DNA of 64,000 nucleotides from Gammaproteobacteria bacterium (GTDB lineage Bacteria; Pseudomonadota; Gammaproteobacteria; Francisellales; CACEW01): NCBI GenBank assembly GCA_029256015.1, contig JAQSYQ010000004.1, positions 35,032 to 99,031 of the forward strand, read 5' to 3'. Shown piece by piece: positions 56,724 to 64,000 of this stretch (position 1 is its first letter; each line of letters starts with the position of its first letter). The notes under the pieces were generated by a model. It saw only the letters and a program-made list of their open reading frames with translations, ran no database searches and was not told where the DNA came from. The position numbers and the translations under genes were made by a program.

Positions 56724-57518
56724 TTATACGGCGATGGGGGCTTTAATCGCCGGATGGCATTCATAATTCAAGATTTCAAAGTCCTCAAACTTATAGTCGA
56801 AAATGCTCTCAGGCTTACGCTTAATATTAAGGCTTGGTAAAGCAAAAGGCTTGCGAGTTAACTGCAAGTTTGCCTGCTCTAAATGGTTGGAATATAAATG
56901 CACATCTCCGCCTGTCCAGACAAAATCCCCTACCGCTAAATTGACCTGTTGAGCGACCATATGAGTTAACAATGCGTAGCTTGCGATATTAAAGGGAAGT
57001 CCTAAAAACACATCGCAGCTTCTTTGATACAGTTGGCATGAAAGTTTGCCGTTGGCCACATAAAACTGGAAAAAGGCATGGCAAGGAGCCAGGGCCATTT
57101 TATCAAGCTCTCCCACATTCCAGGCTGATACGATTAAACGCCTGCTGTCCGGGTTGTTTTTAATTTGCTCCAAAACTTGAGAGATTTGGTCGACATGCCT
57201 GCCGTCTGGAGTAGGCCATGACCGCCATTGCTTGCCATAAACCGGGCCTAGGTTACCGTTTTCATCGGCCCACTCGTCCCAAATTTTAACGCCATTTTCT
57301 TTTAAATAACCGATATTGGTGTCACCTTGTAAAAACCATAAAAGCTCATGAATAATTGAACGAAGATGTAATTTTTTAGTGCTTACCAGGGGAAAGCCTT
57401 GGCTCAAATCAAAACGCATTTGCCGGCCAAATACGCTGAGGGTGCCGGTGCCTGTACGATCTTCTTTAGGAGTGCCGTTAATAAGAACATCTTGCATTAA
57501 GTTTAAATATTGGTCCAT
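56724..57518 (-). CDS. thyA: Thymidylate synthase
   Basis: 264 aa with DRTGTGT, ELLWFL and [13 protein letters not shown] (catalytic Cys), ending in the C-terminal ...APIAV. Confidence 0.98.
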   Translation of the reverse strand: MDQYLNLMQDVLINGTPKEDRTGTGTLSVFGRQMRFDLSQGFPLVSTKKLHLRSIIHELLWFLQGDTNIGYLKENGVKIWDEWADENGNLGPVYGKQWRSWPTPDGRHVDQISQVLEQIKNNPDSRRLIVSAWNVGELDKMALAPCHAFFQFYVANGKLSCQLYQRSCDVFLGLPFNIASYALLTHMVAQQVNLAVGDFVWTGGDVHLYSNHLEQANLQLTRKPFALPSLNIKRKPESIFDYKFEDFEILNYECHPAIKAPIAV

Positions 57519-57717
57519 GACTGCTCCTTAATATTTCCTTAAGCAATTAAATCATAAAATCCTCATTTTCGCCTGGAAATTTGTAATTACATAATAATGC
57601 CATGTATTAAGCTATACTAAAAATTAGCGAATATCTTACAAAACTTTAGGCCATGCACGATTTAATTCAGCATTTTTTTATATATAATGAGACCGATTAA
57701 TAAAAGGAAACAAGCTT

Positions 57718-60570
57718 ATGGAAGGTCTAGATAGAAGAGCTCAAACAACTGTACTTAGCGCGTTTGACCGCGAAGTCTTAAGCTTTGCATTTCGCGCTTC
57801 AGAAATAAAGCATACAGCTATCAACAGCCCGGTTGAAGATATCTCCCGCTTATTAAACAAAAGTGACGTGCCTTCTATTGCCATAAAAGCCTCAAATTCC
57901 GTCATGAAAACGATTCCTGCTATTAGCTTTGAACTGGCTGAGGCGGATCCCACTTGGCTGCAAAATTTATTTTTAGAAAAAGCCGCTCAAAACTTCGTTT
58001 TTTATCGAAACTCATTGTTGGAAGAAGACGAAAGCCGTCCATCCGGCATGAAAATTAAACCAGAAATATATGATTTTCTAGCTTCTGTAAATACTGGGTT
58101 TGACAGAAAGCTACTTGCTCATGGTATTGATCTATTGTGGAAAAAGTTTAATCATGAACCTGCACTCCCGTACGCAGTCGAATATGACTCAAATATAGAA
58201 AAATATGATCTAAATGCTGCAAGTTTGTTTGATAAAATTCGACTAGATCCAAACGGTTCTCCAAGCTCTTACAAAGAATTTGAAACTGCTTTAAATCAGC
58301 AATTTAACAATGACTCTAAGCTCGCTGAGAAAATTCGCTACCTGGGCGAGGAAGCATTTGCTGATGATTTCATTTGGGGGCTAATTGTATCCCAAGGCAT
58401 GTATGAAGCGAATTTAAGCAGCATAGAAGGGACAACCCAAAGCAAATTCAACGCAGCTATGCTTCAACTTGCAGAAACAGTGATAAGAGGCACTCAATCT
58501 CTTGCCGACAAAGCTTTTCTCACAGACCCGGAAAAAATTCTTAGCACCGCAGAACCCATAGCAAAAAAACTGGCTAATAATAAAAAGGTATCTTTTATAG
58601 AGAGTTTTGCTGTTAAGGCAGAAAATACTGCTTTTCTCTTAATGCTTCCTGTCTCCGACAGTGATTATAAAAAAGCCATGCAAAGCTTATATAAAAAATC
58701 TTTGTCTGCAGCGAATGAAGATACTAGAGACCGCTTACTTAATAACTTATTGGGTATTGAGAATTGGATAAGCTCACACAGAGAAGTGCTAAATGATGAT
58801 GCTTTCCTAGAAAAACTAAGAACTCTCTCTGAGATAACTGATGCAAGCCAGCTAAGCCTGGGTGTCAAACACTTTATAGCTTTATGGCAAATGCCTTCTC
58901 TTGTTCAAACTATTTCCAGACTTTCTGCTGCTGAATCAATAGGCGGCCAACTTGTTAACAACAAACTTGTCTATGGCCAAAGCACAAGCACTGAGGGTTG
59001 GACCAGCCTTAGTAACAGAGGCATTTATTTCCAAATCAACAATACGCAGATTGTTGCCGGCTCACAATCAGAGGCTGATATTTTTGTAGCTAACCCCAAT
59101 ATTACCGAACAAGAAAAAGCTGCCTTAAAGCTAATTGACCAAAGATTTATCCATCTTGAAAAGGATCTTATTAGCGCTCGAACCGTTGATAGTGAAAACT
59201 TCTTTCCCCAAATGTCGCCTAGTTCTATCAAAATTTATAGTGAACAAGGCCAAGTATATCTAAGCTGTGTGAATGCTGTTACAGGCTTTGAATATCTTAC
59301 GCCGGAAGGCCCTACCCTCACTATAGCCTGTGAGGCTGAATGCCATAGTCTTTACCAATTCAACTCGCAAGACAATCGCCTTGAGCTTATTGGCAGCTCT
59401 GTATCAGGCCAAGATGCTGAGAGAGTAGATGGCCTACTTTATGGCTCAGATAAACAATATCAGTCCGCTGTGGAGATAATTAAAAGCTATTTTAAACAAG
59501 GCTATTCAAATCAACTTAGCTCCTTACAAAGAGATCAGGAAGCCAAATATGGCTTAGCAGTTAAGCTGAGTGAGTTTGAATTTTTAAATAAAGGCCCCAA
59601 AAGCCTTTTTGTAACTAATTTCATAAAAAACTTAAGAGCTCTCTACAAAAATTTTTATGACCAAGATAAAAGCACTGAAAATATCAGAAAGCACTTAAGC
59701 ATACTTAAAGGTTTAGAGACCTATTTAAGTACCCATCAAAGCAAATTCGGTGACTATGCAGCTGAAGCTTATAAACTGATTGCTACTTTTGAGATCAATA
59801 TAGCAAGCAGTAGCACTATTGCAGCTAAAGTAGTTAGAAAAGAAATTGCAGACTCTATTATTGCTGCAATTCAAGCCGCAGATCGAATAGAAGCCCACAG
59901 AATATTGGCAAACTATCAAGACAACCTTAAGAGCAATCCTGCTCTTCGCCAGGTGATGACACAGCCAAATGGTATTAGCCGTTATGTAACACTAGATAAT
60001 AAGTCAACCACCCGCTCTGATGCTCGTATTCTGAAAGCAGCCAAAGACCGCATTAAGGCTGCTAGCAAAAAAGTTGGAGCTGCTCCTTTAAGCGTTGCTG
60101 AAAAAGCTCTTTTAGCAGTTGAACGCAAAAAGTGGTGGGCTAGCAGAGAGCTATGGCTAGGAGTTGGCTTAGGGCTGGCAGCTGGCGCTTTGATCGGCTT
60201 TACAGGCGGACTTTTCTTGGCAGCGGCCGCACCTGTTGTGGTGGCTTCTATAGCCATGCCTGTTGTTGGCGCCGCCATATTAGGAGCAGCGGCTACCGTA
60301 TTAGGGTATTTTGGTTATAGGACCCCTAAAAAAGCCGCTAAAATGGCTTTTAAAGCACCTAAGCCCCAAGTTGCTAAAGTCATCGAGCAGTCGAAAGAGT
60401 CTGTTTTGGCCCCTTCTCCTAATAAAGGAGCTACTGCTACTCAGCGCAATGCACAAGCTGAATCACAAGCATTATCTAGCGCTGAAGCGGTAGAACACCA
60501 CAAAGCGAGTATGGCTTTTGGCTCTGCTAGAAGTGAAGGTCCAGCAAGCCCGCCCCAGCCTGAACAATAA
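57718..60570 (+). CDS. Orphan 950-aa protein with C-proximal bilobed Ala/Gly/Val-rich hydrophobic hairpin (Inc-like; candidate secreted effector)
   Basis: AAGGAAA lies upstream of the ATG. The hairpin WWASRELWLGVGLGLAAGALIGFTGGLFLAAAAPVVVASIAMPVVGAAILGAAATVLGYFGY spans 60133-60318. I recognise no enzymatic motif. Confidence 0.75.
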   Translation: MEGLDRRAQTTVLSAFDREVLSFAFRASEIKHTAINSPVEDISRLLNKSDVPSIAIKASNSVMKTIPAISFELAEADPTWLQNLFLEKAAQNFVFYRNSLLEEDESRPSGMKIKPEIYDFLASVNTGFDRKLLAHGIDLLWKKFNHEPALPYAVEYDSNIEKYDLNAASLFDKIRLDPNGSPSSYKEFETALNQQFNNDSKLAEKIRYLGEEAFADDFIWGLIVSQGMYEANLSSIEGTTQSKFNAAMLQLAETVIRGTQSLADKAFLTDPEKILSTAEPIAKKLANNKKVSFIESFAVKAENTAFLLMLPVSDSDYKKAMQSLYKKSLSAANEDTRDRLLNNLLGIENWISSHREVLNDDAFLEKLRTLSEITDASQLSLGVKHFIALWQMPSLVQTISRLSAAESIGGQLVNNKLVYGQSTSTEGWTSLSNRGIYFQINNTQIVAGSQSEADIFVANPNITEQEKAALKLIDQRFIHLEKDLISARTVDSENFFPQMSPSSIKIYSEQGQVYLSCVNAVTGFEYLTPEGPTLTIACEAECHSLYQFNSQDNRLELIGSSVSGQDAERVDGLLYGSDKQYQSAVEIIKSYFKQGYSNQLSSLQRDQEAKYGLAVKLSEFEFLNKGPKSLFVTNFIKNLRALYKNFYDQDKSTENIRKHLSILKGLETYLSTHQSKFGDYAAEAYKLIATFEINIASSSTIAAKVVRKEIADSIIAAIQAADRIEAHRILANYQDNLKSNPALRQVMTQPNGISRYVTLDNKSTTRSDARILKAAKDRIKAASKKVGAAPLSVAEKALLAVERKKWWASRELWLGVGLGLAAGALIGFTGGLFLAAAAPVVVASIAMPVVGAAILGAAATVLGYFGYRTPKKAAKMAFKAPKPQVAKVIEQSKESVLAPSPNKGATATQRNAQAESQALSSAEAVEHHKASMAFGSARSEGPASPPQPEQ

Positions 60571-60629
60571 TAGGCCTATACTGGCAGCATGGTTTTTGCT
60601 ATCCTGGCAAAAATTTATGAGGAAAACTT

Positions 60630-61376
60630 ATGAAGTTTTTGTTGGGGCATAAAAAACTTGACTGGGATGCACCAGAAATAGCAGAGGTTCTTAATGAAGC
60701 TCGAAAGCTCACCACAAAATCGGAAATTTCCTCAAAAATACAAGCCGGCATTCTGCATCATAAGCTAGACTTAAAAGACCCCAAGTTTTCTGAAAAGAAA
60801 AATGCGCTTGAGGCTATATTTTTATTCGAACTCACTGTAGCAGCAATTAAGTTTTATCTTATAAATATAATAATTAAGAATCAAAATCCCGATATTAAAG
60901 ATACTGATAAAACCACCGCCTTCCATTTTCTTAAGTATGTAACAGAAGAACTAGATAAAATGGAAATAGCTGATGCTGAACTCAATGAGTTTTTGACTAA
61001 AACGGAAATTCACACCATTCGAGCGGCATCCAACGCATTCAAATGGTTTGAAGATCATGAAAAGGGTTACGACTCTTCTTTTATCGATAAAACTACCCAA
61101 GTTGTAGAAATCTTTAAAGCAGCCAAAAGAGCAGATGAATGCACAGACTCTTTCTTAGATTATCCGAATAAATTCAAGGGAGTCGCGAAAACAAGTTTTG
61201 CTATCAAAGATGCCGCAGAGTGTAAAAGAGCTCGTGCCGGTCATTTCAAACCTTTAGAGCTGGAAGTAATCGCTGCTGCTCCTCAAGCACCTAAAAGCAT
61301 TAAATGGTCTGCTTGGCTTTATAAATTTTCTACCCAAGCTTCCAATACCCTCGAAAAAAACTGTTCGATTCAATAA
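60630..61376 (+). CDS. Orphan 248-aa protein
   Basis: GAGGAAA lies upstream of the ATG, 59 nt after the 950-aa ORF on the same strand. No recognisable domain. Confidence 0.6.
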   Translation: MKFLLGHKKLDWDAPEIAEVLNEARKLTTKSEISSKIQAGILHHKLDLKDPKFSEKKNALEAIFLFELTVAAIKFYLINIIIKNQNPDIKDTDKTTAFHFLKYVTEELDKMEIADAELNEFLTKTEIHTIRAASNAFKWFEDHEKGYDSSFIDKTTQVVEIFKAAKRADECTDSFLDYPNKFKGVAKTSFAIKDAAECKRARAGHFKPLELEVIAAAPQAPKSIKWSAWLYKFSTQASNTLEKNCSIQ

Positions 61377-61385
61377 AGTTTCAGC

Positions 61386-62183
61386 TTAACACTTCGGCTT
61401 GCTTCGAAGCCCAAGAATGACATAGAGCATTATCCCCACCCCAAGCAGCAGCATAGGCAGACAAAGCAATTGCCCCATCGTCAGCCAGCCAAAAGCAATA
61501 TAACCTAACTGCGGGTCAGGCTGCCTGAAAAATTCAGCAGTAATTCTAAACATGGCATAGAATATCAAAAACAAAGCTGAAATCAGCATTCTAGGGCGAG
61601 GCTTAGCTGAAACCGTCCATAAGATAATAAACAGAACGACTCCTTCCAAACTAAACTCAATTAACTGAGAGGGATATCTTGGCCAAGGCCCACCTGTTGG
61701 AAAAATCATACCAATCGGTGAATTTGTGATTCTTCCCCACAACTCCCCGTTGATAAAGTTACCAATTCTGCCTAAGCCCAAACCAATTGGAATCATCGGC
61801 ACAAAAAAGTCGGTCAAATCAAATATATTCACTTTGATTTTACGGCTGTAATACCACATAGCAATAACCACACCGATTAATCCACCGTGAAACGACATGC
61901 CTCCGTTCCAGACTTCAAAATAAGTCCAAGGTTGATGGATGAATCCAAAAAAGTCATAAAACAACATATAACCAGTGCGTCCACCTAAAATTACACCCAA
62001 TGCCCCATAGAAAATGGCATCGGCTACCTGATCGGATTTCACTGGAGCCCAAGGCTTCTTGCTTCTATAAATGCCTAAACCCCAGGTTAAAGCAAAACCG
62101 ATTAAATACATTACTCCATACCAATGGACTTCTAGCGGACCGATGGAAAAGGCGATAGGGCTAATATTAGGATAAGTCAGCAT
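61386..62183 (-). CDS. lgt: Prolipoprotein diacylglyceryl transferase
   Basis: 265 aa with HWYGVMY, GGRx[12 protein letters not shown] and [13 protein letters not shown]. Confidence 0.96.
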   Translation of the reverse strand: MLTYPNISPIAFSIGPLEVHWYGVMYLIGFALTWGLGIYRSKKPWAPVKSDQVADAIFYGALGVILGGRTGYMLFYDFFGFIHQPWTYFEVWNGGMSFHGGLIGVVIAMWYYSRKIKVNIFDLTDFFVPMIPIGLGLGRIGNFINGELWGRITNSPIGMIFPTGGPWPRYPSQLIEFSLEGVVLFIILWTVSAKPRPRMLISALFLIFYAMFRITAEFFRQPDPQLGYIAFGWLTMGQLLCLPMLLLGVGIMLYVILGLRSKPKC

Positions 62184-62216
62184 TTAAACCTCGAACATTA
62201 TAAATAAAATCGCTAT

Positions 62217-62253
62217 GGATCCCGGGTTCTGTTTTGCAGCCCCAGGATGACAG
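62217..62253. repeat. Family R4 module (inverted copy)
   Basis: ggatcccgggttctgttttgcagccccaggatgacag is the reverse complement match of 56631-56662, differing only in the 4-nt centre. Confidence 0.5.
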
Positions 62254-62329
62254 TTAACTGAATTAAATTGCTTGCAGCAGGGCATAATGTCAGTTATTTT
62301 ACCTAATAAAAATCGATCAAGGAAGCCTT

Positions 62330-63778
62330 ATGTCAAAGTCTACTCCGGCTAAAATCCTAAGCACATTTAGCTTAGTCATGATAACGATCACCTGCGTAGA
62401 CAGCGTACGCAACTTGCCAGCAAGCGCCTTATTTGGCAGCAGCGTTGTGTTCTTTTTTATCCTTTCAGCCTTGGTATTTTTCATCCCCACCGCTTTAATT
62501 TGTGCCGAACTTTCCACCACCTGGCCTGAGCAAGGCGGTATTTATACCTGGGGGAAAATGGCATTTGGTAAAGGTTTTGGCCTATTTACAGTTTGGTTCC
62601 AATGGATTGAAAACGTAATTTGGTATCCATTGATTCTTTCTTTTATCGCGGGCACTTTAACCTATTTGATTACCCCTCAACTGGCCACCAATAAATTCTA
62701 TGTATTTGCTTTGATCAATATCGTGTTTTGGGTGTGTACCTGGATTAACTTAAAAGGCTTAAAACTCTCTGCTAAACTGACCGAAATATTCGGAATACTG
62801 GGCTTAATCGTCCCAATGCTGCTAATTATTGTTTTAGGCTTAATCTGGCTTTGCGGACCTTATCCTCATCAAATCACTTTCACCAAACAAAGCATGTTGC
62901 CTCACTGGAACGATACTAGCATGTGGATTTCATTAAGCGCGATTGTGATGTCTTTGACCGGGGTGGAAATTACCACCATTCACGCTGCAGAAGTAAAAGA
63001 CCCGCAAAAAAGCTACCCAAGAGCTTTATTGATTTCGACTGTATTTATTTTGCTAACCTTGATTATGGGATCATTAGCCATCGCTCTGGTTATTCCTTCA
63101 GCCAAATTGAATCTGATCTCAGGCATTATGGATGCCTTTTCTGACTTTTTATCGGTGTATCACCTAGCCTGGTTGACTCCGATTATTGCAGTGAGTTTAA
63201 TTTTAGGCGCAGTCGCAGGCCTGAATAACTGGATTATCGGCCCCACCAAAGGTTTAATGGTCGCGGCCAAAGATGGTTATCTGCCTCCATTTTTACAAAA
63301 GCAAAACAAGCAAGCCGCCCCTACTAATTTGCTGTATATCCAAGGCGCCATTGTTACCGTTTTGTCCTCGCTGTTTTTATTTATGCCTTCAGTGAACAGC
63401 TCCTATTGGCTGCTAAACGTATTGACCACTCAGCTTTATATGCTGATGTATTTATGCGTATTTTTTGCCTTCTTGCGCTTGCGTTATAAGCACCCGCAAA
63501 CTCACCGCCCTTTCAGAATTCCCGGCGGAAAATTTGGCATGTGGTTCATTTCCCTACTTGGCATTGCCAGCATGCTGTTTACGGTTTATATCGGCTTTAT
63601 TCCTCCACCAGGCATTCCTTATCACAGCGTACTGGAATATGAGTCCATTCTAGGCATAGGCCTTGTCGTATTCTGTATCCCGCCTTTGATTATGCATATC
63701 GTGCAAAAAGATAGCTGGCAGCATAGAGCTGATATGGACAACTATAATCCTATTGATGAGATGATTAAAAAGCCCTAA
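62330..63778 (+). CDS. APC-superfamily amino-acid permease/antiporter
   Basis: 482 aa with ~12 TM helices and an N-terminal region ([20 protein letters not shown]) typical of the glutamate/GABA-type APC branch. Confidence 0.88.
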   Translation: MSKSTPAKILSTFSLVMITITCVDSVRNLPASALFGSSVVFFFILSALVFFIPTALICAELSTTWPEQGGIYTWGKMAFGKGFGLFTVWFQWIENVIWYPLILSFIAGTLTYLITPQLATNKFYVFALINIVFWVCTWINLKGLKLSAKLTEIFGILGLIVPMLLIIVLGLIWLCGPYPHQITFTKQSMLPHWNDTSMWISLSAIVMSLTGVEITTIHAAEVKDPQKSYPRALLISTVFILLTLIMGSLAIALVIPSAKLNLISGIMDAFSDFLSVYHLAWLTPIIAVSLILGAVAGLNNWIIGPTKGLMVAAKDGYLPPFLQKQNKQAAPTNLLYIQGAIVTVLSSLFLFMPSVNSSYWLLNVLTTQLYMLMYLCVFFAFLRLRYKHPQTHRPFRIPGGKFGMWFISLLGIASMLFTVYIGFIPPPGIPYHSVLEYESILGIGLVVFCIPPLIMHIVQKDSWQHRADMDNYNPIDEMIKKP

Positions 63779-63783
63779 TAGCC

Positions 63784-64000
63784 ATGAACGATCAAAAAGC
63801 ACATCGACCCATCAGAAGTTTTGTAAGAAGAGAAGGCCGCCTAACAATAGGCCAACAAAAAGCTTTAGACCAAGGCTGGCCCAAGTTCGGCTTAAGCCTT
63901 GAAGACGGCCCAATTAACTTTGAAAAAGTATTCGGGAGAGAAGCTCCCTGTATAGTGGAAATCGGATTTGGCATGGGTCAATCTTTAGCAGAAATGGCGC
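63784..64000 (+). CDS. trmB: tRNA (guanine46-N7)-methyltransferase, N-terminal 72 codons (runs off the right edge)
   Basis: My translation: [37 protein letters not shown]...[23 protein letters not shown]. This matches the TrmB pattern (IRSFV.R.GRLT..Q..AL, LEIGFGMG). The 60-aa minus-strand track ORF here is its shadow. Confidence 0.85.
   Translation, partial: MNDQKAHRPIRSFVRREGRLTIGQQKALDQGWPKFGLSLEDGPINFEKVFGREAPCIVEIGFGMGQSLAEMA

Noticed and set aside
57527-57546. CTTAATATT-tc-CTTAAGCAA, a near match to the Legionella PmrA tandem box, upstream of the 950-aa orphan
   Set aside because: It lies only ~10 nt from the thyA start on the other strand and overlaps the thyA Shine-Dalgarno (AAGGAG). 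The second half-site is poor (6/9), and it is 170 nt from the orphan start. It is too ambiguous to call.

Overview
This 64-kb window is gammaproteobacterial chromosome. From gene content I infer a Legionellales-like intracellular lineage, but I could not run any database search, so that is inference. The backbone is ordinary, highly recognisable housekeeping DNA: crcB/aas, rpoH, obg-rpmA-rplU, ispB, tpx, glmS-glmU, the complete atpIBEFHAGDC operon, parA/parB-like genes, fpr, rsmG, fis, lpxL-like, dprA-smg-topA, aroQ-accB-accC, prmA, a CDF transporter, rsmH-ftsL-ftsI, phoB plus a short phoR, rnpB (RNase P RNA, absent from the ORF track), acs, folA, thyA, lgt, an APC permease and the start of trmB.

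The unusual part is that nearly every classically conserved gene junction (rplU|ispB, atpC|glmU, parB|atpI, the mraZ position upstream of rsmH, thyA|lgt, acs|folA) holds orphan genes with no recognisable family. No integrase, IS or tRNA lies beside any of them.

The strongest candidate for a new system is a tight three-gene minus-strand operon at 20536-28057, just upstream of atpI. It encodes three paralogous P-loop NTPases with dynamin/septin/GIMAP-like motifs (GxxGxGKST, ESCT.YP, CDxPGFFDTR).
- Two paralogs (734 and about 792 aa) have a layout reminiscent of mitofusin or bacterial dynamin-like proteins: NTPase, coiled coil, hydrophobic hairpin, conserved domain, coiled coil.
- The third (966 aa) replaces everything after the NTPase domain with four tandem 141-aa ankyrin modules. 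It ends in DDDDCCCVVM, a eukaryotic CaaX prenylation box.

Other points worth a second look:
- two orphan proteins with Ala/Gly/Val-rich bilobed hydrophobic hairpins (like chlamydial Inc inclusion-membrane proteins), which share a 12-nt upstream motif;
- a PhoR kinase lacking its membrane and PAS portions;
- an RNase P RNA with a roughly 124-nt P3 expansion closed by a perfect 19-bp stem;
- an unannotated 59-codon Lys-rich/His-rich ORF;
- at least four families of dispersed intergenic hairpin or MITE-like repeats, two of which sit inside the atp operon.

All functional calls come from motif recognition by eye. Coordinates of repeats and RNA ends are approximate to a few nt.
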